DNA from: an uncultured Eubacterium sp.
GTDB taxonomy: Bacteria > Bacillota > Clostridia > Lachnospirales > Lachnospiraceae
DNA: 64,000 bases
Direction: 5' to 3'
NCBI GenBank assembly: GCA_948579355.1
Contig: CAPAOV010000003.1
Span: forward strand, 72,693-136,692
Shown here: in pieces, positions 46,277 through 56,806 of the stretch
Position numbering within the stretch: position 1 is the stretch's first letter
Layout: each line of letters starts with the position of its first letter
Program-made: the position numbers and the translations under genes
The notes under the pieces: model-generated
What the model was told of the DNA's origin: nothing
Database searches by the model: none
The model's input: the letters and a program-made list of their open reading frames with translations, nothing else

Positions 46277-46981
46277 CTATTTTGTTGTCTGCGCATTTTT
46301 TTGCAAATACCATTTTGCCAGTTGCAAATCAGGCCACTCGTCAATATCAACACTGTACTGTTTTTCCATGCGATAAGGAACAGGATTATCATTGAAACTT
46401 GTCTTCTCACTCAAGTCTGCAATGCGGTTAATATATATACTGCCGTCAACAAGAACATACTCTGGCATATCCTGTCGGCGAACAGTGCTTCCAAGAGGCA
46501 GCACATGCTCCATCTCTCCCCCATCCATCGTACGCATCAGAATCGGGTGTTCTTCTACCGGACGCACGGAAACTACCCCCCGCTCCCCACTCTCCACAAA
46601 CAGATTGAGGGCGGCGTCAATATCCTGCGCCCGCCTCAACGGCTGAGTGGGCTGCAGTAAAAGTAAAATATCATAGTTCTCTCCCCGCTCTTTCAGCCAG
46701 TTCACCGCATGCAGCACGGCGTCAATCGTCTTCGCCGTATCCGACGCCAGTTCCTGTGGACGCAAAAATGGTACATATGCCCCACAGTCAGCGCTCACTT
46801 TCTGTATTTGTTCGGAATCTGTCGTCACAACAATACGGTCAACATAGGCGCTCTCTTTTGCCGCATCAATCGAATACGCAATCAATGGTTTCCCACACAA
46901 ATCAATGATATTCTTTCCCTTAATTCCCTTACTTCCTCCCCTCGCCGGAATCAGGGCTAATACTCTTTTCCCCGATATCAT
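46277..46981 (-). CDS. Acylneuraminate (nonulosonate) cytidylyltransferase family
   Basis: ALIPARGGSKGIKGKNI..L.GKPLIAYSI motif. ATG at 46981 lies behind AAAGGAG. Confidence 0.85.
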   Translation of the reverse strand: MISGKRVLALIPARGGSKGIKGKNIIDLCGKPLIAYSIDAAKESAYVDRIVVTTDSEQIQKVSADCGAYVPFLRPQELASDTAKTIDAVLHAVNWLKERGENYDILLLLQPTQPLRRAQDIDAALNLFVESGERGVVSVRPVEEHPILMRTMDGGEMEHVLPLGSTVRRQDMPEYVLVDGSIYINRIADLSEKTSFNDNPVPYRMEKQYSVDIDEWPDLQLAKWYLQKNAQTTK

Positions 46982-47007
46982 TGCCAACCACTCCTTTCTG
47001 CCTCATC

Positions 47008-48048
47008 CTATCGTATCATATCATAAGTCAGTTGCACATCCGCATCAATATCCACGGCAGCCGTTTTCCCCAGAAGCGAATCATATTCCTCCGCCAGAAT
47101 ACTACCTGTTCCCGGACGTTTCACCCACAGATTGTCTTTCGTAAATGGCTCCCCCTTTTTCACCGGAGCTATCGTCACAACCGTGGCAAAAGCAAAATCA
47201 ATCGTCACCTGCTCTTCCGGCAAGGCCACTTTCTCACCGCCCCGCATCTTCGGTACTTCCTTTGCCGCCTGCATCAAATCGGAGCAAGCCGCCTCGTCCA
47301 TCGAGCAGACAATATCCGGCCCCATTCTCTCCATTCTGTCCGTAAAATGTCTCTCAACGATATCTGCTCCCATTGCCATGGCAGCAATACAGGCATTATT
47401 ATTTTGCGTGTGGTCGGACAATCCAACCGGAACACCGGAAAACTCTCTCATCAAATCCTGCATGGCGCCGAGCCGCACCCACTCCGGTTTCGTCGGATAA
47501 ATATTCGTCGTATGCATCAATGCATAAGACACGCCGCAGCGCTCCAAAATATTTACCGTCTTTGCTATCGCCGGAATGTCATTCATCCCCGTCGATACAA
47601 TCATCGGTTTTCCAAATTCCGCCACATGCTCAATGAGCGGATAATTATTGAGCTCTCCGGAGCCAATCTTATAGGCCTGAACTCCCATGCGCTCCAGACG
47701 GTCTGCCGCCGCCCGCGAAAACGGAGTACTTAAAAATACCATTCCCAGCTCTTCGGTATATTCTTTAAACTCCCGCTCCTCTTCCTCATTCAATGCGCAA
47801 CGCGCCATAATATCATAAATGGAATCCGTGGAGTTGCCCGGCACTACTTTTCTCGCCACCTGACACATCTCATCTTCTACTATATGCGTTTGGTGTTTAA
47901 TCAAACGCGCTCCCGCGCGCCGCGCCGCGTCTGCCATCTCTTTGGCGACGGCCAGACTCCCCTCATGATTAATGCCGATTTCCGGAATAACCAGCACCCG
48001 ATTGACATCACCAACTAAAATATCCCCAATCTTAAATTGTCTTTTCAT
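47008..48048 (-). CDS. N-acetylneuraminate-synthase family enzyme (NeuB/PseI/LegI/SpsE-like) with C-terminal SAF domain
   Basis: VIPEIGINHEGSL..AKEMADAA...GA..IKHQT, KIGSGEL.N, GLSDHT motifs. Confidence 0.88.
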   Translation of the reverse strand: MKRQFKIGDILVGDVNRVLVIPEIGINHEGSLAVAKEMADAARRAGARLIKHQTHIVEDEMCQVARKVVPGNSTDSIYDIMARCALNEEEEREFKEYTEELGMVFLSTPFSRAAADRLERMGVQAYKIGSGELNNYPLIEHVAEFGKPMIVSTGMNDIPAIAKTVNILERCGVSYALMHTTNIYPTKPEWVRLGAMQDLMREFSGVPVGLSDHTQNNNACIAAMAMGADIVERHFTDRMERMGPDIVCSMDEAACSDLMQAAKEVPKMRGGEKVALPEEQVTIDFAFATVVTIAPVKKGEPFTKDNLWVKRPGTGSILAEEYDSLLGKTAAVDIDADVQLTYDMIR

Positions 48049-48081
48049 CTCTTCTCTCCCCTCAGATACTCTTCTAATATG

Positions 48082-49050
48082 CTAAACCATCGTTCCTTTC
48101 GGATACACATCGTTACAATCCCATCTCGGAAGAGCAAACCGGTTGTCTTCCCCTAATTTTGCGGCCCGCGCCTCTACGGAAACGCCCAGCGCACAACCCT
48201 TTGTTTTTATGTAATCTATCACTGCATCACTGTAATTGCCGTAAGGATAGTTCATTACCCACTCATTGGGATTGATTACATCTTTCATAAATGCAAGCGC
48301 TTTCTCTATATCCTGCTCCATCGCCGGGGCATCCAGCTTTCCAAGCCAATAATGGTCGTAGCCATGCAACCCGAAAAACATACCATCCTCCCGCATCTGC
48401 CGCATTTGTCCGGTATCCAGATAGAGCTCTCTGGCAAAGTCGCTCTCCTCCCGCCCCACGTATTTCTGAAATAATCTTTTTGCTATCTCTGTCCGTATAT
48501 CTTCCGGCAACGCATTCTGCAGTAGCCTCTTAACAAATATAACTTCTGCCGTATCCCAGCGATTCGCCACCGCCAACTCGCTATAAAGCGCCTCATTTGC
48601 CGGAATTTCCAATCCCTGCTTACGGCATTCATCCATTTCCCGAAAACAATCCTGAACCAGTTCTGGCATTGCCTGCCGTCCACGCATCTCGGCTTCTGCC
48701 AAAATGAAATGAATACGGTTTACCGTCAATAATTTATGTTCTTTTAAAGCCATTGCATTGGGAAAAAAAGCCCCCTGAATACCAAACTTTTTTAGAATCG
48801 GATAAACGACCTCGTAATGGTCGATATAACCGTCATCAAATGTCAGTAAAAAACCATTTTCCGCAACTGAAGAAAAATCCTGTTCCCGGTATGCCTGTAA
48901 AATATCCTCCATCCTAAGAGGATTAAAATGCTTTAATAAATATTCTATCTGCTCCTCAAACAAAGCCTTATCCAACCCTTTAATTGCCGGATAAGCGCTG
49001 TCTCTTAAATCACGTACATAATGATACATAATCATATGAATCGGTTTCAT
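48082..49050 (-). CDS. Polysaccharide deacetylase (NodB-type) family protein
   Basis: FLLTFDDGYIDHY...P.L.K.G..G.FF motif. Confidence 0.75.
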   Translation of the reverse strand: MKPIHMIMYHYVRDLRDSAYPAIKGLDKALFEEQIEYLLKHFNPLRMEDILQAYREQDFSSVAENGFLLTFDDGYIDHYEVVYPILKKFGIQGAFFPNAMALKEHKLLTVNRIHFILAEAEMRGRQAMPELVQDCFREMDECRKQGLEIPANEALYSELAVANRWDTAEVIFVKRLLQNALPEDIRTEIAKRLFQKYVGREESDFARELYLDTGQMRQMREDGMFFGLHGYDHYWLGKLDAPAMEQDIEKALAFMKDVINPNEWVMNYPYGNYSDAVIDYIKTKGCALGVSVEARAAKLGEDNRFALPRWDCNDVYPKGTMV

Positions 49051-49333
49051 TTTTTTGACACCCTGTAGCACCTGAAATGCCGCCTTTCCGTTTTTTTCCT
49101 GTCTTTCTTTATACTATCATACCGTAATTCATCTGTAAAGACCGGCACGGCTGTAATAATACTCTATAATGCGACCATGAAAGGCGAAGCTTAGGTTGTC
49201 GACACTCTCTGGAAACTCTTTGTGAAAGCGAAGAAAATATAAGAACGGATAACTTTCCGGCCAATTGAAAAATATCCTCTTTTTATGTATAATGAAAAGA
49301 AAACTCAAATTGAGAAACCTATCGGAGGAAAAT

Positions 49334-49792
49334 ATGAAATATATAACAGCGACTTCTGACATGGCAGGTGCCATCCACAATGTTTTACAGACAACAATTC
49401 AAACGATATATCCAAAGTATTATCCGAGAGAAGTCGTGGATTTCTTTTGCCGGCTCCACAGTAAAGAACACATTGCAGACGGTATCTCATCTGGTAATAT
49501 GGGCGTATTGGTAGATGAACATATAATTATGGGAACAGGGTGCTTTGACAACAACCATATTACCGGCGTATATGTACTGCCCCCGTATCAAAAGCGGGGC
49601 TGCGGCTCGCACATTATGAATTTTCTGGAAAATGAGATTTCCAAAAAATATGACACGGCCGTCTTAGACGCCTCTCTTCCCGCAGCATGCCTGTACGAGC
49701 ACAGGGGCTATAAAACTGTGGGACATGGGATTTACGAATTGGAAAATGAAGTAAAGCTGGTTTATGAAATCATGGCAAAAGATTTAAAATAA
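49334..49792 (+). CDS. GNAT-family N-acetyltransferase
   Basis: The motif A-like segment is VLPPYQKRGCGSHIM. ATG lies behind GGAGGAAAAT. Confidence 0.75.
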   Translation: MKYITATSDMAGAIHNVLQTTIQTIYPKYYPREVVDFFCRLHSKEHIADGISSGNMGVLVDEHIIMGTGCFDNNHITGVYVLPPYQKRGCGSHIMNFLENEISKKYDTAVLDASLPAACLYEHRGYKTVGHGIYELENEVKLVYEIMAKDLK

Positions 49793-49869
49793 GACAAAAC
49801 AAAGCAAAGTAAGTCGGGCAGATTTTTATTTGATAAGATATACTGTTCCTGCAACAGGAGGTGATACGA

Positions 49870-50727
49870 ATGGAATGGACGAATGCCATACAAAGTGCAA
49901 TTGACTTTATGGAGCAGCATATTACCGAGAACATATCCGCAGAAGATGTTGCCAATCATGTGCATATTTCATCTTTTTATTTCCAAAAAGGATTCCGTAT
50001 GCTCTGTGGCTTTTCGGTAATAGAATATATCCGGAAGCGCAGGTTAGCTCTCGCCGGCGGCGACCTTGCCACGACAGATATGAAAATCATTGATATTGCG
50101 ATGAAATACGGATATGATTCTCCTGACAGCTTCACAAAAGCATTCACAAGATTTCATGGTGTATCGCCAACTATGGTGCGGAAAGACGATGTCATGATAA
50201 AGACTTTTGCACCGCTGAAATTAGAAATCTCATTGAAAGGTGGTTATCTCATGAATTACAAAATCATTGACAAAGAAAGCTTTACGGTCCTTGGGGTGTC
50301 GAAAGAATTCAATTATGAAAACTGCAAACAGGAAATCCCTTTGTTTTGGCAGAGCCATTATGAAAAAGGAAACGGGAAATATGTCTGTGGGATGTTTGGA
50401 ATCAACATTGATGAAAAAATGGGGAATGACAGCTTCGAGTATTTGATTGCCGATTTGTATGATTCAAAAATGGAAATTCCGGAAGGTTTTGTAACCCGAA
50501 CTATCCCTGCATTTACATGGGCTGTTTTTTCCTGCGTAGGACCGATGCCAACAGCACTTCAAGATGTGAACACAAAGATTTTTTCGGAATGGCTTCCGGC
50601 ATTGAAAGAATACGAGTTTGCAGCAGGTTATTGTGTGGAAATGTATGACGCAGCAGACAAGTACCCGAACGGAACGCAGGATGAAAACTACCATACTGAA
50701 ATATGGATTCCCATTCAAAAGAAATGA
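49870..50727 (+). CDS. AraC-family regulator with a GyrI-like effector-binding domain
   Basis: AraC HTH (SAEDVANHVHISSFYFQKGFRMLCGFSVIEYIRKRRL...YGYDSPDSFTKAF) plus a C-terminal GyrI-like half. Confidence 0.85.
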   Translation: MEWTNAIQSAIDFMEQHITENISAEDVANHVHISSFYFQKGFRMLCGFSVIEYIRKRRLALAGGDLATTDMKIIDIAMKYGYDSPDSFTKAFTRFHGVSPTMVRKDDVMIKTFAPLKLEISLKGGYLMNYKIIDKESFTVLGVSKEFNYENCKQEIPLFWQSHYEKGNGKYVCGMFGINIDEKMGNDSFEYLIADLYDSKMEIPEGFVTRTIPAFTWAVFSCVGPMPTALQDVNTKIFSEWLPALKEYEFAAGYCVEMYDAADKYPNGTQDENYHTEIWIPIQKK

Positions 50728-50788
50728 TTTACCCAAATCAATAAGCCAATCACGGTTGTAAAGATAATAGCAGTATGCTAAACTAAAT

Positions 50789-50823
50789 GCAGTCACTTAC
50801 TTGTTTTCTAAGTAAATGACTGC
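50789..50823. terminator. 14-bp hairpin after the AraC gene
   Basis: GCAGTCACTTACTT-gttttct-AAGTAAATGACTGC (one mismatch). No clear U-tract. Confidence 0.4.
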
Positions 50824-50885
50824 AAAAAGCGTACTGCCCAGCTACAGGGAGCGAATGCGAATCAATCAATAATAAGGAGATTTCT

Positions 50886-51584
50886 ATGCACTATATAAAA
50901 GACAACACAAAAATATACGTTTATTCGATGCCGATAATGGATTCGCGGATGTATGTTATAATAAATGACGAGAATGAAAAAGAGGCGCTAATTATTGACC
51001 CGCTTTTTTCGGATGAGGCAGTTCCTGTTCTTCACGCGCTTTCACATGCCACGGTACTGCTCACCCATTCCCACTATGACCACATTTCCGGTATGAGCTG
51101 GCTGCGTGAGCAGGTTGATTGTACACTCCTCTGCTCGCAATGCTGTGCAGAAAAAATTGTAAACCCATATAAAAATCTTGCTGCATTCTCCGCCGTATTA
51201 ATTATAGGAAAGACCGAGGAGGAGCAGGAACAGTGCATGCAGTTTTTTGAACTGGACTTTACCTGTGAAGCCGACAAAACGTTTGACAGGGAAATAAGCT
51301 TTCCTTTTGGCGGCTACGAAGTTGCGATTCGCTACACGCCGGGGCACTCCGAATGCAGTCAGTGCATCTGCCTTAATGCGTCAAAAAAAGGACTGACACC
51401 GAAAATTGTCTTTACCGGTGACAGTCTTGTAAATGGATATGATACGATAACACGCCTTCCGGGAGGAAGCAAAAAAGATTTTAATTCGATAACCAAGCCT
51501 TATCTGGATTCCCTTTCCGATGACACCCTAATCATGCCGGGGCATGGAGATTGGGCACTAAAAGGGGCACTTGCCTCCTCCTGA
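50886..51584 (+). CDS. MBL-fold metallo-hydrolase
   Basis: THSHYDHISG motif plus a later GHS/H motif. Confidence 0.8.
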   Translation: MHYIKDNTKIYVYSMPIMDSRMYVIINDENEKEALIIDPLFSDEAVPVLHALSHATVLLTHSHYDHISGMSWLREQVDCTLLCSQCCAEKIVNPYKNLAAFSAVLIIGKTEEEQEQCMQFFELDFTCEADKTFDREISFPFGGYEVAIRYTPGHSECSQCICLNASKKGLTPKIVFTGDSLVNGYDTITRLPGGSKKDFNSITKPYLDSLSDDTLIMPGHGDWALKGALASS

Positions 51585-51616
51585 CAAAAATGCGTATCTT
51601 TAAATAAGTTTGTAAA

Positions 51617-52936
51617 TTATTTTTTCAGCGAATCATTTTGCAGCTTATCAAACTTCTTCATACATTCCTCCACAGAAGAGCCTTTCAACAAATCCCTCAC
51701 GATGTTGCATATATTCCCCCACTGCTCTACTTTCATTCCGGCATTGGAGCCAAGTACATAGGTTCCCTCATTTACTTTTTCTTTCAGCGGCACTAAAGCA
51801 TCAATACAATCTACTTCCACATTCTTCGATGGAGAAATTACTTTATTCGTCTCTGTATATATCTTAAGCTGCTCATCAGACAGAATAATATTCAGAACAT
51901 CCTTTGTGTTTTTCAGATTATCTGCATTGACATGAATGCCATATCCGGTCATGGAAATCACCGGCATTTGGCCCAGATGACTTGGAAAACCAATTACCTG
52001 CAAATTAAAGTCCACTTTACCATACGCAGTTTCTGCGTTAGCCGCTCCCCAATATGCCATAACAATTGGCGTCTTCTGGGCTTTAAAATCTGGCCCCTCA
52101 CCATCTATCGCCTCATATGTGTATGCCTTTTTGGCATCAATATATCCCAAATCTATTAATTTTTGCAAATATTCAAAGCCGGGGCGCATATAATCACGCA
52201 GCTTCTTTGCACCACTGTTAATCTGTGCAATCTCCTCGTCCGTATGGTCTCCGTTATACATATCTGCATAAGCCTGAGCAAGAACAAAACACTCCAGCCA
52301 CCATCGGTTTGCACCTATCGGTGTTTCTATTCCATTTTTCTTAAATACCCGGCAGCACTCGAGAAGCTCTTCCGGAGTAGAAGGAAGCTTCAGATTATAT
52401 TTATCAAACATATCTTTGTTGACGAATAATCCATGCACTACCACTTCCTGAGGAATTGCCACCAACTTACCATTTACCGTATTGGCAATCTTTACAACGT
52501 CTCTGAGGTTTTTGGCGCTTTCAAGCTCTGATAAGTCCGCCAGCCTCCCCTCATTACCCAACACCTGAATTGTATCCGGATTTAATAAATACAAATCGTC
52601 CATATTATTGCGCGCCCTGTCAAGCGTTACATCATCATAAGTTTTCTCCTTATAATTCTCCGCAGTATATGTTCGGTACTCTACCGTGATTCCCGTTTTC
52701 TTTTCTGCTGCGCTGACCGTAATATCAAATGCCGTTCTCGCAATATTATCTGCATCCGGGTCGGTTCTTTCCATTGGCCCAAATAAATTAACCATCTTCG
52801 TATTATTCACTCGGTCACTCACAAGATTCTCCTCTAAATCCTCTTGTCTCGCACAGGCAGCCATAGTAACCATCATTGCTCCGATAAGCAATAAAGCAGC
52901 TAGTCTTTTCCCGTTTTTCTTTAAATGAATAATCAT
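51617..52936 (-). CDS. ABC-transporter extracellular solute-binding lipoprotein (sugar family 1-like)
   Basis: Lipobox LLIGAMMVTMAAC. Size and composition are typical of SBP_bac_1. Confidence 0.75.
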   Translation of the reverse strand: MIIHLKKNGKRLAALLLIGAMMVTMAACARQEDLEENLVSDRVNNTKMVNLFGPMERTDPDADNIARTAFDITVSAAEKKTGITVEYRTYTAENYKEKTYDDVTLDRARNNMDDLYLLNPDTIQVLGNEGRLADLSELESAKNLRDVVKIANTVNGKLVAIPQEVVVHGLFVNKDMFDKYNLKLPSTPEELLECCRVFKKNGIETPIGANRWWLECFVLAQAYADMYNGDHTDEEIAQINSGAKKLRDYMRPGFEYLQKLIDLGYIDAKKAYTYEAIDGEGPDFKAQKTPIVMAYWGAANAETAYGKVDFNLQVIGFPSHLGQMPVISMTGYGIHVNADNLKNTKDVLNIILSDEQLKIYTETNKVISPSKNVEVDCIDALVPLKEKVNEGTYVLGSNAGMKVEQWGNICNIVRDLLKGSSVEECMKKFDKLQNDSLKK

Positions 52937-52950
52937 TGCACTCTCCCTTT

Positions 52951-55527
52951 CTATTGCAAATATTTGCTCAGCGTCTTCTTTATCGACTCCATGTCAATTG
53001 GCTTAGCAATATGTGCGTTCATTCCCGCTGCCAAAGCATCTTTTACGTCTTCTGCAAAAGCATTTGCCGTCATTGCAATAATTGGTATCGTCTTCGCATC
53101 TTCACGCTCCAATGCCCGAATCGCCTTTGTAGCCTCATATCCGTTCATAACCGGCATTTGAACATCCATTAAAATGGCATCAAACTCTCCCTTTTCAGCG
53201 CGGGAGAAACGTTCCAGCGCTAATTTACCATCTTCTGCGATTTCACAGGTTGCCCCTTCTCCTCTTAATACTTCTGACAAAATTTCTGAATTGATTTCAT
53301 TGTCCTCGGCTACAAGGAAATTTCGTCCGGCCAAACTGTAATCCTGTCCGTCATCTTCTACTGTTCCCTCTCCTGAAGAAGCAAAATGAAGTTCCCGAAC
53401 TTTCTCTTTCAGTGCAGATACAAAAAACGGTTTGGATAGAAATCCGTCAACGCCCGACTGTACTGCCTCTTCCTCTAATTCATTCCAATCATAAGATGTC
53501 AGAAGAAAAATAGGCGTATGCTCAGGCACAATATCCCGAATCTGTCTTGCCGTTTCAATGCCGTCCATTTCCGGCATTTTCCAATCCAACAAGATAAGAT
53601 GATATGGATTTTCTTTCTCACAGGCATTGCGTACCTGTTGGATGCCATCCTCACCACTCAATGACAAGTCCACGGAAACAGGTGTTTCTTCCATAAGCAT
53701 TTGAACATTGTTCAAAATATCCTGTTCATCGTCCACAACCAGCATTCGGGAAACACCATGGTCTTTCCAAAACTGCTCGTCTATCACCTCTTCCGGAATA
53801 CGCAGTTCCAAGTCCACCGTAAAACAGCTTCCCTTATCCACTTCGCTGGCGACCTCAATCGTTCCCCCCATCAGTTTGACAATATTTTTTGTTATCGCCA
53901 TACCTAATCCGGTACCCTGTACCTTGTTTGTCGTGCTATTCTCTGCTCTGGTAAAGACATCAAATATCACCTCAAGATATTCCGGAGTCATACCATAACC
54001 ATTATCTTCAACTTCGATTCGAATATGCTCATACTGACTGGAGCGCTGCTCCAATCCAATAATACGCAGCCATATATTTCCCCCCTCCGGAGTATATTTC
54101 ACTGCATTTGAGAGAAGATTAATTAAAATCTGATTAAGCCTTGTCTCATCACCTATCAGATATTCATGTTTTACACCGCTTACCGTAACTTCAAACGTCT
54201 GTCCTCTGGCGTCTGCTGCCGGACGTATAATGGCATCTACCGATGAAATCATGCTGCTCAGAGTAAATTCTCCAATTGTAAGTACAACTTTTCCACTCTC
54301 AATCTTCGACACATCCAAAATATCATTTATAAGACTGAGCAAATGCTGTCCTGACGCAGTAATTTTTTCCGTATACTCTTTCACTTTTGCAGGATTATCC
54401 GCTTCCTTGGCGAGAAGGGAAGTAAATCCCAATATCGCATTCATCGGAGTCCGAATGTCATGCGACATATTGGATAAAAACGTTGTTTTTGAATCATTGG
54501 CAATCTGTGCCGCCTGCAATGCCTCTGCTAATCGTTTATTATGTATCTCACGTTCCTTTTCTCTCTCTTTTCTGCTCTTGTCCTGCTGTCTGTGACTGAA
54601 AACAAACAGCCCACAGCAAAGGAAAAAGGTAAGCAGCATCACCGCAACAATGAAATATATATTGTTATTTACTGCCGTTCCTTCCCGTTGTATTGCTTCT
54701 ACCGGCACATATCCGATAAGATATGTAGTTCCACCATTGACTGACCACATATATATCAGAGACTCTTTCTCCTGAATATCATGATAAAACATGATGTTCT
54801 TTCCCCTTTTTATATGTTCGGAAACATTCTGCTTTATTTTTTCTTCCAATACTTTATTCGCATGATAAAAGTCTGACAGATTTATATGGCCTGCTGCCCT
54901 CTCTCCCATTCCTTTCGGCTTTAATACAAATCTCTCGCTCTTTGCATCCATAATATACAGAATGGCGCTATTATTATAGAACTTGTCAGGTAAGGCGCTC
55001 TCAAAGGAATCATAAACATACTCCACATAAAGAGTCGCAATTTCCTTATTTTGTTTTATAATCGGACATTTCATCGTATACGCCCATGTACCCATTGAAT
55101 TTATATAGGATTTGGACATTTTCATGCCCTCTACTATACTTGTGGAAGAAAAATCCAAATCCTTTGTTGAAAATGTTTGTCCTGTATTGGAAATTCCCTC
55201 CGTCTTTCCCGACGGTACAATAGATATTTTTACCATTGTACTATTTTTATCGTAAGAACGAATAAATTCTTCCGGCTCTTCCATAGTGGCTAACTCCTGT
55301 GCGAGCAGCCTCTGAAACTCTGCCTCCCGTTTTAACATTACCTCTATCGTTCCCCGAATTAAATCCAAATTTTCGCTTAGATTTTCAACAGCAGAAGCAG
55401 ACATCTGTGTTGATATTTTACCCGCAGCCACATACAGAGCCGCACCCATAATAGAAAAGAATAATATAACGGGAATAATCAAACTAATCCCCCGTTTTGC
55501 TCTATGTTTTTTTCCCTTTCCGTTCAT
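52951..55527 (-). CDS. Hybrid sensor histidine kinase with a periplasmic sensor domain and two receiver domains
   Basis: Two TM helices flank an about 250-aa extracellular region. H-box SHDIRTPMN, N/G boxes, and two REC domains (VVDDE..., VAEDN...). Confidence 0.88.
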   Translation of the reverse strand: MNGKGKKHRAKRGISLIIPVILFFSIMGAALYVAAGKISTQMSASAVENLSENLDLIRGTIEVMLKREAEFQRLLAQELATMEEPEEFIRSYDKNSTMVKISIVPSGKTEGISNTGQTFSTKDLDFSSTSIVEGMKMSKSYINSMGTWAYTMKCPIIKQNKEIATLYVEYVYDSFESALPDKFYNNSAILYIMDAKSERFVLKPKGMGERAAGHINLSDFYHANKVLEEKIKQNVSEHIKRGKNIMFYHDIQEKESLIYMWSVNGGTTYLIGYVPVEAIQREGTAVNNNIYFIVAVMLLTFFLCCGLFVFSHRQQDKSRKEREKEREIHNKRLAEALQAAQIANDSKTTFLSNMSHDIRTPMNAILGFTSLLAKEADNPAKVKEYTEKITASGQHLLSLINDILDVSKIESGKVVLTIGEFTLSSMISSVDAIIRPAADARGQTFEVTVSGVKHEYLIGDETRLNQILINLLSNAVKYTPEGGNIWLRIIGLEQRSSQYEHIRIEVEDNGYGMTPEYLEVIFDVFTRAENSTTNKVQGTGLGMAITKNIVKLMGGTIEVASEVDKGSCFTVDLELRIPEEVIDEQFWKDHGVSRMLVVDDEQDILNNVQMLMEETPVSVDLSLSGEDGIQQVRNACEKENPYHLILLDWKMPEMDGIETARQIRDIVPEHTPIFLLTSYDWNELEEEAVQSGVDGFLSKPFFVSALKEKVRELHFASSGEGTVEDDGQDYSLAGRNFLVAEDNEINSEILSEVLRGEGATCEIAEDGKLALERFSRAEKGEFDAILMDVQMPVMNGYEATKAIRALEREDAKTIPIIAMTANAFAEDVKDALAAGMNAHIAKPIDMESIKKTLSKYLQ

Positions 55528-55974
55528 CTTAAGACCATCCTTTTAATTTCATTTCTTTATACGTTTCATTTTACTCATCTAAAAAAAGAAGTCAATATTT
55601 TACGAGTAAAAGATAACTTTCCAAAGAGGGTACATCCATTCCGGCAATTACATGCATATAATATAATATCATATGTATGTTTTCCTGAAACGTCAACCAT
55701 AAATCGCCCTTTCATCAAAAAACTGACACCGCAAATACTCTTTACGGATGTCAGTCTCATAGATAGACAAAACTAATTTTCTCATTTTCTTTTTGCAGTA
55801 GCGGACCGAATTATACGACTCATCCCATTTTTATAACATACTCTGCAAAAACAAAAAAAGGTCTCTCTGAAGTACTTTTAGATAAATCTTCTCTGTCTTT
55901 CAAATAGCAGGCATATGCCTCACAACCAAATATATTATTATACAATTTCTAACCCCTCATTTCTTTTTGTCCAG

Positions 55975-56793
55975 TTAATCATGATCGCAGTGCTGATGCA
56001 GATATATACAATCAGTCAAACCGTCATGTCGATAACCAAATTTCTCATATAACCGGATTGCGTTCTGATTCGTGCTCTCTACCCATAAATAAAAAGATTG
56101 GCTCTCATTTCTGTGAATATCAATATAACTGTTGACAAGGGAAAACCCTATGTCTCTGCTTCTATATATGGGATTAACACAAAGCGCTCTCAAATATGAT
56201 TTGACACCATATTTTTCAAATATTAAAACACCTGCCAGTTTTTTATCCCGACATATTTTAATAACTTGATGAAAAAGAAGAGACTGCTTCAGCTCTTCTT
56301 TCGTAAGCAAATGGTCCGACAAGACATCAAAGGAACTATAAAGCAGTTCGTATATTTCTTCACAATCTGTTTCATCCGCAAATACAGCCTTTTCCGTTAA
56401 AGGGAATATTTTCTCTTTGTCAACAGAAAGCTGCAGACGAAAATATTTTTTATAAAAATTAAATCCCATATTTTTTACAACGTCATAGCGGCCATTTTCT
56501 CCCCTCGCAATAATATCTGTTATCAAAATATTGTAATTTAACATTTCTTCATATAAATCCTGATAAACATTCTTAGAGAGTCTTCTACTATCATTTAAAA
56601 AATAGTACATCTTGTACATTCCACGCATCTTGTGCACAAGTACTACGATATCCTTATGGGAAAATATGTCCATCTCCCCATCCATAATCTTCTTTTGGAC
56701 TTCATGATAAGATAAATAACAATTTGCCCGCAATGGCTTCCCAATTGCATTCCTTATAATTTTTTTATCGTCTTCTGACAAAAAATGGGTCAT
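55975..56793 (-). CDS. GNAT-family acyltransferase with an N-terminal extension (last gene of the acylation operon)
   Basis: The GNAT core is LRALCVNPIYRSRDIGFSLV...NQNAIRLYEKFGY. ATG at 56793 lies behind AAGGAAGG. Confidence 0.7.
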   Translation of the reverse strand: MTHFLSEDDKKIIRNAIGKPLRANCYLSYHEVQKKIMDGEMDIFSHKDIVVLVHKMRGMYKMYYFLNDSRRLSKNVYQDLYEEMLNYNILITDIIARGENGRYDVVKNMGFNFYKKYFRLQLSVDKEKIFPLTEKAVFADETDCEEIYELLYSSFDVLSDHLLTKEELKQSLLFHQVIKICRDKKLAGVLIFEKYGVKSYLRALCVNPIYRSRDIGFSLVNSYIDIHRNESQSFYLWVESTNQNAIRLYEKFGYRHDGLTDCIYLHQHCDHD

Positions 56794-56806
56794 TTCCATC
56801 CTTCCT

